From a candidate division WOR-3 bacterium (GTDB taxonomy: Bacteria; Hydrothermota; Tepidihabitantia; Tepidihabitantales; Tepidihabitantaceae), in the NCBI GenBank assembly GCA_020352555.1, contig CP070680.1, positions 1,620,603 to 1,684,602 on the forward strand: a stretch of 64,000 nt of DNA, in the 5' to 3' direction. Of the stretch, positions 27,902 through 37,142 are shown piece after piece. Within the stretch, counting starts at the first letter, position 1. Each line of letters opens with the position of its first letter. Made by a program: the position numbers and the translations under genes. The notes below the pieces were generated by a model that ran no database searches, was not told where the DNA came from, and worked only from the letters and a program-made list of their open reading frames with translations.

Positions 27902-28852
27902 ATGACTCATCCGGGAAGAAGACGCCCCAGGGTACGACCCCTGGAGCGCGTCGACGCAAGGCCGGTCGCCCTGCTCTTTCGCGACATCTCGCACGAGTTC
28001 GGCACCGAGCCTGCCAGCTCAATCGAGGCAACCGAAGCGCTGTTCGCCACGCCCTGGCTCGGAGGGGGCGCCGGTCTTGTCATGGTTGACCGTGAAGAAC
28101 TCGTCGGAATCGGCTGGGTCCGGGACATGGAATGGAACGGTCAGCTCTACGTCGACTTCGGCCTTCACCTGCGCCAGTCCCACCGTTCTGCCGACATCCA
28201 TCCCCTGCTGACCGACCCGCTGCTCGACCTGGCCCAGGACCAGGGACAGAGATGCGGGACCGACCAGGCGATTGTGTGCTACCGCAGCATCGACACCGGG
28301 CATCCGCCCCTGGTCCGCGAGCTCGGTTTCCGCGACCTTCCCACCACCATGATCGGCTTCCGCCACTCTCTGGACCGGATGCCTCCGGTCAAGCCGCCGA
28401 AGAGCATCGTGTTCCGGCCATCCCGGCTTCCCGACGAACTCGAGACTCTGATTGCCCTCGGCGAGAAGGCGTTCGACGACCGCATGAACATGGGCGAGCC
28501 CATGAGCGTCGACTACTGGAAGCTGGCCATGAAGACTGACTGGTTCTCTCCCGGCCAGGTAGTTGTGGCCGAGCAAAAAGGCGAGCCGGTCGGATACGCT
28601 TTCACCTGGGTCGGTGCTCGGGAAGCCAAGGAAACCGGGCTTCACGAAGTCGCGGTGCTGCCCAAATGGCGCGGCAAGGGAATCGGGTCAGCCTTGACCG
28701 TCGAAGCACTCAAATGGAGCCAGGACAGGGGCTCAGAGGCGGTGCTGACCGGCGCGTTCAGCACCAACCGGTCCATCGCACAGTACTGGCGTCTGGGATT
28801 CAGGCCTGACGCGACCCGGACCTACTACTTCTTCACTCGTCCGCTCGAATAG
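27902..28852 (+). CDS. Tandem GNAT-domain N-acetyltransferase (MshD-like two-GNAT architecture)
   Basis: Two acetyl-CoA-binding cores; the second reads VLPKWRGKGIGSALT. Start taken at MTHPGRR. Confidence 0.7.
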   Translation: MTHPGRRRPRVRPLERVDARPVALLFRDISHEFGTEPASSIEATEALFATPWLGGGAGLVMVDREELVGIGWVRDMEWNGQLYVDFGLHLRQSHRSADIHPLLTDPLLDLAQDQGQRCGTDQAIVCYRSIDTGHPPLVRELGFRDLPTTMIGFRHSLDRMPPVKPPKSIVFRPSRLPDELETLIALGEKAFDDRMNMGEPMSVDYWKLAMKTDWFSPGQVVVAEQKGEPVGYAFTWVGAREAKETGLHEVAVLPKWRGKGIGSALTVEALKWSQDRGSEAVLTGAFSTNRSIAQYWRLGFRPDATRTYYFFTRPLE

Positions 28853-28883
28853 CAGCCCTGCCTAAGCAGGACCCTGGGTACAG

Positions 28884-30497
28884 CTACTCTGTCAGTACCG
28901 CCTTGGCGGTCTGAGTCCTCGCCCTGTCGAAGACCCGGAACAGGTAGATTCCTGCCGGCACCCGGGAACCCGAATTATCAGTCCCTTCCCACACGACTTC
29001 TGACTTGCCGGCCTGGGCCAAGGCTGCAACCGACCGTCCGGTCGCGTCAAACACCTCGACCGTGCCGGCCGGGCCGAGCGGCGCCGTCAGCCTGATGCTG
29101 ACCGGTGCCGGTCCAAGACTCGGGCTCACGCCGGCAAGCCGTGCCGGCCGGGTATCGGCCGGTCTCTCCTGGACACCGGTCGGCAGGTAGGCCCCTGCCA
29201 GTTTGGCCAACGAGACCACCGCCGCCTTGGTGGCCTGGGTCGCCATCGGCACGTTGTTGGTGCCGCACCACAGGTAGTACAGCGGCCCGATGGTGTCGCC
29301 GATCGTGTGGTACTCGGGCGTGAAGTCCTCTTCGATGCCGCAGAAGGACACGTAACCGCGCTGCCAGTACGAGTGATGGTCCGAGTAGGGCGCATAGTTG
29401 GTCATGTACTTCTTGCCCTTCAGGGTCGTGAAAGTGTCGGCCTGGGCAAGGAAGAAGTCCACCAGCCACTCGCACGCGGGGTTCGACCACTTGCCGACGA
29501 CTTCAAGGGTGTCGGTGTCTTCCCGTCCGTAAGAAATCATGTCGAAGTTCAGCATCGCCAGGATCGAATCGCCCCGGTTGCGCGACCACTGCGCCATACT
29601 GTCCGAACCGTACAGCCCCTGCTCCTCGCCCGCGAAACCGAGGAACTGAACCGTGTGCTCGAACTCCACGTCCTGGAACACCCGCGCCGCTTCCAGCGCC
29701 GCGGCGGTCCCGGACGCGTTGTCGTCTGCGCCCGGGCAGTGGTCAGGCTGCGCGTCCGACGTGTTGTCGACGTGTCCGCAGATGCCGTAGATGAGGTCGG
29801 GATTGGTCTTGCCGTACCTTATGCCGACCGCGTTAGGAGCGTATCCGAAACGGAACGGGAACAGGAACGTCGTATCGCAGCCGTACCCCTCGAGCTTGCT
29901 TCTGACCCACTCGATTGCGGCGCCGCAGGACTCGTGCCTCGAGTACCGGGAGGAGAAATCCTGCAGTCGCTGGATTGTGCCCAGGATCGAGTCGTGCTCC
30001 ACCCTGTCGGCCAGGACCCGCACCAGGCTGTCGTCCACAGACGGAAGCGCCGGCAATCCCTGGTCGAGTTCTGGGAACTCCAGCGGCTCGAGCCGGATCC
30101 TGGCCAGTTCCACCGGCAAGGCGTTCATCTCGAATACGCCCGCCTCGTCGGTACGCACGATTGCCCCGCAGTCCAGGGTCGCCAGCACCGAACCGTGCCT
30201 ATCGTCCAGGTCGCCGATGTCGAAGCCGCCCCTCGGCATCACCAGCATGTAGGTATTGGCGCCAGGGTCGCTATCGAGCAGCCTTGTACCGAAAGTCTGT
30301 CCCAGCGGACCGAGCTCTTCCTCGGTGACCAACACCAGGCACCACCGGCCCATGTCTTCAACCACCCTGATCCCTGTCTCGGCCACGCTGCTCGCGTCCT
30401 GTCCGGGTCCGGGTTCGACGATCGCCAGATAGCTCGGTGCGGCCAGGACCGCAGTAGTCACGGCTAGTGCTGTCAGTGCGGCATTCTTCATCATCAT
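28884..30497 (-). CDS. M28 family zinc aminopeptidase with T9SS C-terminal sorting domain
   Basis: Signal peptide MMMKNAALTALAVTTAVLAAPS. M28 metal-binding motifs (HVDNTSD…GADDNASG…AGEEQGLYGS…FDMISYG). CTD …AGIYLFRVFDRARTQTAKAVLTE. Confidence 0.75.
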   Translation of the reverse strand: MMMKNAALTALAVTTAVLAAPSYLAIVEPGPGQDASSVAETGIRVVEDMGRWCLVLVTEEELGPLGQTFGTRLLDSDPGANTYMLVMPRGGFDIGDLDDRHGSVLATLDCGAIVRTDEAGVFEMNALPVELARIRLEPLEFPELDQGLPALPSVDDSLVRVLADRVEHDSILGTIQRLQDFSSRYSRHESCGAAIEWVRSKLEGYGCDTTFLFPFRFGYAPNAVGIRYGKTNPDLIYGICGHVDNTSDAQPDHCPGADDNASGTAAALEAARVFQDVEFEHTVQFLGFAGEEQGLYGSDSMAQWSRNRGDSILAMLNFDMISYGREDTDTLEVVGKWSNPACEWLVDFFLAQADTFTTLKGKKYMTNYAPYSDHHSYWQRGYVSFCGIEEDFTPEYHTIGDTIGPLYYLWCGTNNVPMATQATKAAVVSLAKLAGAYLPTGVQERPADTRPARLAGVSPSLGPAPVSIRLTAPLGPAGTVEVFDATGRSVAALAQAGKSEVVWEGTDNSGSRVPAGIYLFRVFDRARTQTAKAVLTE

Positions 30498-30623
30498 GTC
30501 TCCTGATCTGGTTTTGCCGACCGGACACTTCCGCCACTTGACGCTTCTACACAATGTTAGTCCATAACCCGACACCCGTCAAACCGCGTTGACACACGAC
30601 GACCTGACTCTATCCTGCCTCCC

Positions 30624-31157
30624 GTGCCCGAGCGAACCAGTGCGGATTTCGTGGTCCGGCCCGCGCGGCTTGAGGACTACGACGCCATCCAGCCCCTTGC
30701 CGAGCAGATGGACTTCCTGCACCGGGAACACCTGCCCGACCGGTTTCGCCGGCCCGACGGACCGCCGCGCAGCCCGGAGTACATCGCCGCCCTGATCGCA
30801 GAAGAGGATACGCTGCTGGCGGTAGCCGAATGGCACTCCCTTGACCCTCAGGCAGCGTCGGACGCGCGACTGGTCGGCATCGTCAACGCCGGCCTGACAC
30901 AGACACCCGATGTTCCGGTCAAGGTCCGACGCGTCTTCGTCAAGATCCGGGGCATCGTTGTGCTGCCTGAGATGCGACGCTGCGGCATCGGCCGCGCGTT
31001 GGTGAGGGAAGCGCTACACTGGGGCCGCGAACGCGGCGCAGTCGAGGTCCAGCTGAGTGTCTACGATTATAACCAGGGAGCGATCGGGTTCTTCCGGGCG
31101 CTCGGATTCGCGCCGCTCAGCCACCGCCTGTATCGCCCTCTAGAAGCCGCAGACTAG
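30624..31157 (+). CDS. GNAT family N-acetyltransferase
   Basis: 177 aa with the motif VLPEMRRCGIGRALV. GTG start. Confidence 0.75.
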   Translation: MPERTSADFVVRPARLEDYDAIQPLAEQMDFLHREHLPDRFRRPDGPPRSPEYIAALIAEEDTLLAVAEWHSLDPQAASDARLVGIVNAGLTQTPDVPVKVRRVFVKIRGIVVLPEMRRCGIGRALVREALHWGRERGAVEVQLSVYDYNQGAIGFFRALGFAPLSHRLYRPLEAAD

Positions 31158-32386
31158 GGCTGCCCGGCGTGCTTCATCCGGTCCCGTGATTCCAGAACCA
31201 TCCGCCTGAAGCCGTGCATCTGGCGTTCTGGCACCTGACGGTATCCGCTGGCCAGCACTTCGAGCGGGTCCACAGCCTTTCCGCTCCTTCGTACCTCGAA
31301 GTCGAGATGGAAACCGGTCGACAGTCCGGTCGAACCCACCAGGCCGACAACCTGTCCTTTGCTGACCCGCACACCGCTCTTGATGCCCGGCCCGTACCCG
31401 GCCAGGTGCGAGTAGCGGGTGGTGGTTCCGTCCTCGTGCCGAATCAGCACGGAACGGCCGTACCCGCTCTGCCACCTGCACCTGGCAACGACTCCTGCTG
31501 AAACCGACCTCACCTGGGCCCGGTAGGGGGCCGCGTAGTCCAGGCCGTTGTGCCTGATCCTGCGCCGGCGTATCGGGTGAAACCTCCACCCGAAGTCCGA
31601 CGTGCGTCTTCCGTCGACTATTGGCGGGTACTCCAGCAGACGGTCGAGTGACCGCCCGCCCGCGTCGCAGTAGTACCTGCGCCTGTCAGACTCGCTGAAA
31701 AGAAAGGCCTCTGTTGTCTGCTCTGCAGTGCGATACCGAACCGCGACTATGTCGCCGAACTGATAGAAGGCGCCGTCCACGTACTGCTTCTCCACCAGCA
31801 GCGCGAACGTATCTCCTTTGTCAACTCCGTTACGGAAGTCGAACGAGTTTCTCAGCACCTCGGTGAAACCCTCCACAAGCTGCGGGCTCGCGCCGGCCTC
31901 GGTAATCGATCGCCATAGCGAGCCTTCCACCACGCCGCGGAGTACCGCCTCGACTGTTTCGACCGGCTCAGTCACGAATTGGGCCAGGGCCGAGTCCTGC
32001 GCGAACAGCACGTCGTACCGTGTCGCCAGGTCCAGGTGATAGCTCAGCGAGACCGGTACCGAATCTTCACGCACAACGGTGACCGAGTCGCCTGGATGCA
32101 TGTTGCGGAAGTCAAACCCGGCTGACTCAAGCGCGACCCGGGCTGCCGCAGTCCGGGCTTCATCGACGCCGAGCCTCGTCACCAGCTGAGCGAACAACTC
32201 GTTCCGGCGTAGAGTGTCGCTGAGCAGGGTCGTGGTCGCCTGCCGTGCGCTGTCTGAAGTCTGCGTGTCCTCTGTGGTCTTCGCTGTTGCGGCACCTGAC
32301 CTACCATGCAGCACCACAAACGCGATCACTCCCCCCAGAACGACCAGCGCCGCGGCCGCGGCCAGAGCTGCGAAGACAGGTTGCAC
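31154..32386 (-). CDS. M23 family metallopeptidase with N-terminal membrane anchor (paralog of 24796-26091)
   Basis: Same domain order as the paralog. LytM motifs HNGLDYAAP…GYGRSVLIRHEDG…HLDFEV. Confidence 0.8.
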   Translation of the reverse strand: MQPVFAALAAAAALVVLGGVIAFVVLHGRSGAATAKTTEDTQTSDSARQATTTLLSDTLRRNELFAQLVTRLGVDEARTAAARVALESAGFDFRNMHPGDSVTVVREDSVPVSLSYHLDLATRYDVLFAQDSALAQFVTEPVETVEAVLRGVVEGSLWRSITEAGASPQLVEGFTEVLRNSFDFRNGVDKGDTFALLVEKQYVDGAFYQFGDIVAVRYRTAEQTTEAFLFSESDRRRYYCDAGGRSLDRLLEYPPIVDGRRTSDFGWRFHPIRRRRIRHNGLDYAAPYRAQVRSVSAGVVARCRWQSGYGRSVLIRHEDGTTTRYSHLAGYGPGIKSGVRVSKGQVVGLVGSTGLSTGFHLDFEVRRSGKAVDPLEVLASGYRQVPERQMHGFRRMVLESRDRMKHAGQP

Positions 32387-32414
32387 CGATGAAGGCCGAG
32401 GCCCTGGCCGGATA

Positions 32415-32660
32415 CTAGGCCTGATCTTGCCCCCTCGTGACCTCGTATCCTGTGATTGGCCAGTCCTGACACTCGCGCTGGTTTCGACATCCCTTGCAGC
32501 CCTTCGGTCGGCACTCGGGATGGAGTTCCCTGACCAGCCCTTTGTGGACCATGAACTTCAGCATTCCCTGCAGCGCGCTTTCCTCAACACCGAACTTCCG
32601 GCTCAGCTCTTGCACAGTAGTCGTACCGGCGCGGATCTCGGCCAGGATCCGTCGTATCAT
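32415..32660 (-). CDS. feoC: FeoC-like winged-helix protein
   Basis: Small wHTH (MIRRILAEIRAGTTTVQELSRKFGVEESALQGML) with a Cys-rich tail (CRPKGCKGCRNQREC). Immediately downstream of feoB with a 4-nt overlap. Confidence 0.6.
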   Translation of the reverse strand: MIRRILAEIRAGTTTVQELSRKFGVEESALQGMLKFMVHKGLVRELHPECRPKGCKGCRNQRECQDWPITGYEVTRGQDQA

Positions 32661-34681
32661 GTCAGCAGACCCCCCACCTGGTAGATGAGGACCGCCAGCA
32701 ACCAGCCCAGCACTATCGTGTGCCCCACCGCCAGCGCGGTCCATCTCCAGTTGGTCTCACGCCATATCGCCGCAACCGAGGCAACGCAGGGAATGTAGAC
32801 AAGCGACATGACCATGAACCCGTATGCCGACAGCGGAGTGAAGCTGCGGCTCAGCACCTGATTCAGCCCTCCCGCCACTCCGCCGTGAATCGCTCCCAGC
32901 GTGGCCACTACCAGTTCCTTCGCGACGACACCGGCCGCCAGCGAAACCGCTGCCCACCAGTAGCCGAATCCGGCAGGCTTCAGGATCGGAGCAACCAGTC
33001 CCCCCAGCCGTCCGATGATGCTGGACTCCGAAGCATACTCCACACCCCACGGCAGGCTCGCCAGCAGCCAGATCAGAACCGAAGCCAGGGCGATGACTGT
33101 ACCGGCCTTGCGTACAAAGAGCCATGCCCGCTCCCACATGTGGGTCAGGACGCTGCGGAACGTCGGCAGGTGATAGGGCGGCAATTCCATGATCAGCGGT
33201 GCCACCTCTTGCTTGAAGAAGACCCGTTTGAACAGCCGCGCAACGAGCACGGCCAGCACGATGCCGAGCAGGTACAGCGTGAACACAACCAGCCCCCGCT
33301 GCCGCGTGAAGAAAACGCCGGTGAATAGTATGTACACCGGCAGGCGCGCCGAGCACGACATCAGCGGGTTGACCAGGACCGTCAGCATCCTGTCCTTGCG
33401 GGACTCCAGTGTCCTGGTGGCCATGATCGCCGGCACGTTGCACCCGAAACCGATAATCATCGGAATGAACGACTTGCCGTGCAGACCGAGCAGGTGCATG
33501 AACCGGTCCATCACGAATGCTGCCCGGGCCATGTACCCGGATTCCTCAAGCAGAGAGATGACCAGAAACAGGATGACGATGTTCGGGACGAAGACGAGCA
33601 CCGAGCCGACCCCGCCGATCAACCCTTCGGTGAGGAGGGAGACCAGCCAGTCCGGCGCGCGTGCGGCGGAAAGAACGCTGCCGGTTGCGCCGCCGAGCCA
33701 TCCGAAGAACGTGTCTACGATATCGGCCAGCGGCGCTCCGGCGGTAAACACAAGCTGAAACGTTCCCCACATCAGCAGCAGGAATACAGGTATCCCGAAC
33801 CACCGGCTCGTGACAACCCAATCGATGTTCTCCGAGGTGGCTAGCCGGCCGGCGACCCCCGGGAGTCGACGGGTACACTCCCTGACGACGCCATTGAGGA
33901 ACCCGTAGCGACGCTCGACCACCGCAGTCTCGACATCAGCGCCGATGTGCTTCTCAAGCCCGGTTCTCACCTTGTCAAGAACCTCTCTCAGGGCATTCTC
34001 TGCACCATCGCCCGCCAGCAGTGCCAGCGCGTCGGAATCGCCCTCCAGCAGCTTGAGTGCCCACCACCGGGCGCCTTCAGTCCGGTCTGGCCACGCAGCA
34101 CGGACCGCCTCGGTCAGCTGTGCAAGCCCGCCCTCGATGTCGTCCCCGTAGGAGATCGGAAGACCCGGAGGCGGCGCGTCGCGGTGGATGTCATGGACCA
34201 CCTGCTGCAACCGCTCGATGCCGACGCCCTTCGAGGCAACCGTCGGCACGACCTTGACTCCCAGGACCTTTTCCAGCCGGTCGATGTCGATCTCCAGCCC
34301 GCGTGACCTTGCGACATCCATCATGTTCAGGGCGATTATGACCGGAGCGCCGAGCTCAAGCAGTTGTGCAACGAGGTACAGGTTCCGCTCGAGGTTCGAC
34401 GCGTCGACGACCGCAACCACGGCATCGGGCTTCTCGCAGGTCAGATAGTCCCGGGCGACCCTTTCATCGAGCGTGTAGGCATCGAGTGCATAGGTCCCAG
34501 GCAGGTCGACGACCTTGGTTTCGTGGCCTTCGAAGACGAATCGTCCTTCCTTGCGCTCAACCGTGACGCCCGGCCAGTTGCCGACAGACTGCTTGGCCCT
34601 GGTCAGCGCGTTGAATATGCTGGTCTTGCCCGAGTTCGGATTGCCTGCGAGCGCTACTTCTATCTTCCGCTTCGCGCTCAC
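32657..34681 (-). CDS. feoB: Ferrous iron transporter B
   Basis: N-terminal G-domain (GNPNSGKTS, DLPG). Gate and polytopic membrane domains. 674 aa. Confidence 0.95.
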   Translation of the reverse strand: MSAKRKIEVALAGNPNSGKTSIFNALTRAKQSVGNWPGVTVERKEGRFVFEGHETKVVDLPGTYALDAYTLDERVARDYLTCEKPDAVVAVVDASNLERNLYLVAQLLELGAPVIIALNMMDVARSRGLEIDIDRLEKVLGVKVVPTVASKGVGIERLQQVVHDIHRDAPPPGLPISYGDDIEGGLAQLTEAVRAAWPDRTEGARWWALKLLEGDSDALALLAGDGAENALREVLDKVRTGLEKHIGADVETAVVERRYGFLNGVVRECTRRLPGVAGRLATSENIDWVVTSRWFGIPVFLLLMWGTFQLVFTAGAPLADIVDTFFGWLGGATGSVLSAARAPDWLVSLLTEGLIGGVGSVLVFVPNIVILFLVISLLEESGYMARAAFVMDRFMHLLGLHGKSFIPMIIGFGCNVPAIMATRTLESRKDRMLTVLVNPLMSCSARLPVYILFTGVFFTRQRGLVVFTLYLLGIVLAVLVARLFKRVFFKQEVAPLIMELPPYHLPTFRSVLTHMWERAWLFVRKAGTVIALASVLIWLLASLPWGVEYASESSIIGRLGGLVAPILKPAGFGYWWAAVSLAAGVVAKELVVATLGAIHGGVAGGLNQVLSRSFTPLSAYGFMVMSLVYIPCVASVAAIWRETNWRWTALAVGHTIVLGWLLAVLIYQVGGLLT

Positions 34682-35151
34682 GATTGGCCGTTGTCAGCCT
34701 GTACGAACACCCGAGATGCCATCCCTCTGCCGAGCTGATGCATCTGGTCTGCCACCGAGATTGCCACCGGTCCGACCCAGTTGTCACGCGTCTTCACCAA
34801 ACGGACGCCCGGCTCGATCATCGCCCGACGCAGCCGTCTCCGAAGACCCCAGCCGCCGTGCACATGAGATACGACAAGTGCCTTCCCGACCGGGGCTTCG
34901 GTCAGCGCGAATTCCTCAATCGTTTCGACTTCTATGAAAGCCGCCTCTTCCCTGCGCAGTGACAGGTTGTATCCTTTCACCTCGAAGGCGATCGGGTCCC
35001 CCATCGGCGCGACTCGGATGGTCTCGACCTCCGTGCCCGGCACAAACCCCATTGACAACAATCGCCGCCGAATACCGGACTGTCCCTGCAGCCCACGTAC
35101 GATGCCTCGCCGGCCCACTGCAAGATTGTCCAAAGTCATCGGCTCACGCAT
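34678..35151 (-). CDS. feoA: Tandem FeoA-domain protein (FeoA-FeoA)
   Basis: Two SH3-like FeoA repeats (LDNLAVGRRGIVRGLQG…GFVPGTEVETIRVAPMGDPIAFEV and GKALVVSHVHGGW…EPGVRLVKT). Start taken at MREPMTL. Confidence 0.75.
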   Translation of the reverse strand: MREPMTLDNLAVGRRGIVRGLQGQSGIRRRLLSMGFVPGTEVETIRVAPMGDPIAFEVKGYNLSLRREEAAFIEVETIEEFALTEAPVGKALVVSHVHGGWGLRRRLRRAMIEPGVRLVKTRDNWVGPVAISVADQMHQLGRGMASRVFVQADNGQS

Positions 35152-35635
35152 CCCGTCTTCCTTGAGCCTCAGGTCTCGGGAGTCCGAAGCGTAGCCACTC
35201 GTGCATTTCTGCGAGCGACACCGATCCCTCATCGCCGTGAGCGCGGTAGAACTCGACCATCCGGACCAGTCGCTCAACCGTCTCCGGACTCAGCACATGC
35301 TCGATTTCGCATGCCTCGCGTCCGGCCACCTCGTCCGGGACGCCCAGCACATCGCACAGGAACTCGGTCAGAAACCTGTGGCGTCGGTAGACCTCGTCCG
35401 CAACCGCGGCGCCGCGCTCAGTCAGCTCCACGCCACGGTACCGTTCGTGGCGCACCAGCCCCTTCCGCTTCAGACCGGCAAGCGCGGAAACAACCGACGG
35501 CTTGCTCACCCCGAGCTCATTTGCGATATCGGTCACGCGTACATGCCTTCCCGATTGGCTGGCCACATAGACAACTTCAAGGTAGTCCTCCGCGCTGCGG
35601 CCAAGATGTGTTGTATGACTAACACTGTTAGACAT
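35144..35635 (-). CDS. DtxR/IdeR/MntR-family metal-dependent transcriptional repressor
   Basis: N-terminal wHTH (EDYLEVVYVA…RVTDIANELGVSKPSV) plus a metal-binding/dimerisation domain. Heads a dtxR-feoA-feoB-feoC operon. Confidence 0.85.
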   Translation of the reverse strand: MSNSVSHTTHLGRSAEDYLEVVYVASQSGRHVRVTDIANELGVSKPSVVSALAGLKRKGLVRHERYRGVELTERGAAVADEVYRRHRFLTEFLCDVLGVPDEVAGREACEIEHVLSPETVERLVRMVEFYRAHGDEGSVSLAEMHEWLRFGLPRPEAQGRRDA

Positions 35636-35642
35636 GTCTAAC
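35627..35642. promoter_or_regulatory. Perfect 16-bp palindrome GTTAGACATGTCTAAC overlapping the dtxR start codon; candidate metalloregulator operator
   Basis: Read directly from the sequence. TTAGAC half-sites resemble DtxR/IdeR-type boxes. The position suggests autoregulation of the feo operon. Confidence 0.35.
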
Positions 35643-35747
35643 TATAGCTTCCTCTGACAGCCTGTCAAGCGAAGCCTTAGGCCGGTGCTGTTCTGACGTA
35701 TTCGGGTCGGCTCTGGAATGCCTCTCAGTCGGTGTGAGCAACCGTGA

Positions 35748-36479
35748 AGCGATTGCCCCAAGGCGCGGGAGGAGATCGGGGCGGCACGCAACATCCTGGC
35801 AATCACCGGTGCCGGAATCTCGGCTGAGTCGGGTGTACCTACCGTCCGCGATAGCCGGGGCCTGTGGGTGCAATTCGACCCTGAGGAGTATGCGACTCCA
35901 CAGGCCTTTGCCCGCGACCCGGCCAAGGTCTGGACTTGGTACGACATGCGCCGGCAGGAAATGGCGGGAGCCAGACCGAACCCGGCTCACACCGCCCTGG
36001 CCGAACTGGAAAAGACCGGTAGACGCGTCTTCGTTGTCACTCAGAACGTCGACGACCTCCATGAACAGGCCGGCTCCAGAGATGTCACCCACAACCGCGG
36101 TTCAATGTGGCATGTCCGCTGCCTGAGAGACGGTGCTGTCGAGGAGAACCGCCTTGTGCCCTTGACCGAGATCCCTCCGAGATGCGGTTGCGGCGGGCTG
36201 TTCCGCCCGGCTGTGGTCTGGTTCGGAGAGACTCTGCCACGGCAGCCGCTTGAAACCGCGCGGCGCTACCTGCTTGCCGGCGAAATCGACGTCTGCCTGG
36301 TGGTCGGTACCGAGGCCTCCTTCGGCTACATCGTTGAATGGAGCTTCCATGCTCGTGAGTCCGGTGCTCTCCTTGTGGACGTCAACCCCCGAGCCACCGG
36401 TTTGTCCGACGCGGTCGGCTTCCATCTCGAAGGCAAGGCTGGCGAGATCCTGCCCTGGCTTCTGCCCGAGCTTTCTTGA
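35748..36479 (+). CDS. NAD-dependent protein deacylase (Sir2/CobB family); start codon unresolved
   Basis: Rossmann motif ILAITGAGISAESGVPTVR. Zn ribbon CLRDG…RCGCGG. QNVDDLH, VVGTEASF and VDVNPR motifs. The 12 codons between the upstream in-frame TGA (35745) and ILAITG contain no ATG, GTG or TTG. Confidence 0.75.
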   Translation, partial: SDCPKAREEIGAARNILAITGAGISAESGVPTVRDSRGLWVQFDPEEYATPQAFARDPAKVWTWYDMRRQEMAGARPNPAHTALAELEKTGRRVFVVTQNVDDLHEQAGSRDVTHNRGSMWHVRCLRDGAVEENRLVPLTEIPPRCGCGGLFRPAVVWFGETLPRQPLETARRYLLAGEIDVCLVVGTEASFGYIVEWSFHARESGALLVDVNPRATGLSDAVGFHLEGKAGEILPWLLPELS

Positions 36480-37087
36480 CCCCGCCTCCTCCGGAACTAG
36501 ATTCTGGCCCTATGCCAGTTGATTCACGGTTCCTCGAACTCTGCCGCCGGCGGTACTCGGTCAAGCGGTTCAGCAGCCGCCCTGTGGAGAGACAGAAGCT
36601 CCGCCTCTGCCTGGAGGCCGCCAGACTGGCCCCTTCGGCCGAGAATGCTCAGCCGTGGCGGTTCGTGGTTTTCGATGATCCGGACGAGAAAGACGCTGTC
36701 GCGAACGCGGTGTTCAGAGGCGTCTATTCACACACTCGCCCCCTGGCCCGCGCTCCAGTGCTCGTCGCCCTACTGCTCAAACAGAGCATTGTGGTCAATC
36801 AGCTTGGCGGCAAGGTCCAGGGCACACCCTTCCAGGTCGTCGACGCCGGTATCGCCGGTGAGCATTTCGTTCTGGCCGCGACTGAGCAAGGACTCGGCAC
36901 CTGCTGGATCGGCTGGTTCGATTCAAGGGCCCTGCTTCGTCACCTCAAGCTCAGTCGCCGCGCCTTTCGAGCCGTATGCCTGATTGCTGTCGGCTATCCT
37001 GCCGGCGATTTGAAACCGCGCGAGCGCAATCGCAGACCGCTCGAGGACATCGTCTGCTGGAACCGCCCGCCCGAAACGCCGCCCTAG
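36476..37087 (+). CDS. Nitroreductase family protein
   Basis: 203 aa with an FMN-binding nitroreductase fold (RRYSVKRF…PSAENAQPWRFVVF). The start may be M13 at 36512. Confidence 0.75.
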   Translation: MTPPPPELDSGPMPVDSRFLELCRRRYSVKRFSSRPVERQKLRLCLEAARLAPSAENAQPWRFVVFDDPDEKDAVANAVFRGVYSHTRPLARAPVLVALLLKQSIVVNQLGGKVQGTPFQVVDAGIAGEHFVLAATEQGLGTCWIGWFDSRALLRHLKLSRRAFRAVCLIAVGYPAGDLKPRERNRRPLEDIVCWNRPPETPP

Positions 37088-37142
37088 CGTCGGCTTGACA
37101 CTTCTACGGCGTCAAGCAAACTGAGCCATCGGCACCAGACCT

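Noticed and set aside
29307-30467. 386-aa + strand ORF
   Set aside because: Antisense to the M28 peptidase gene.
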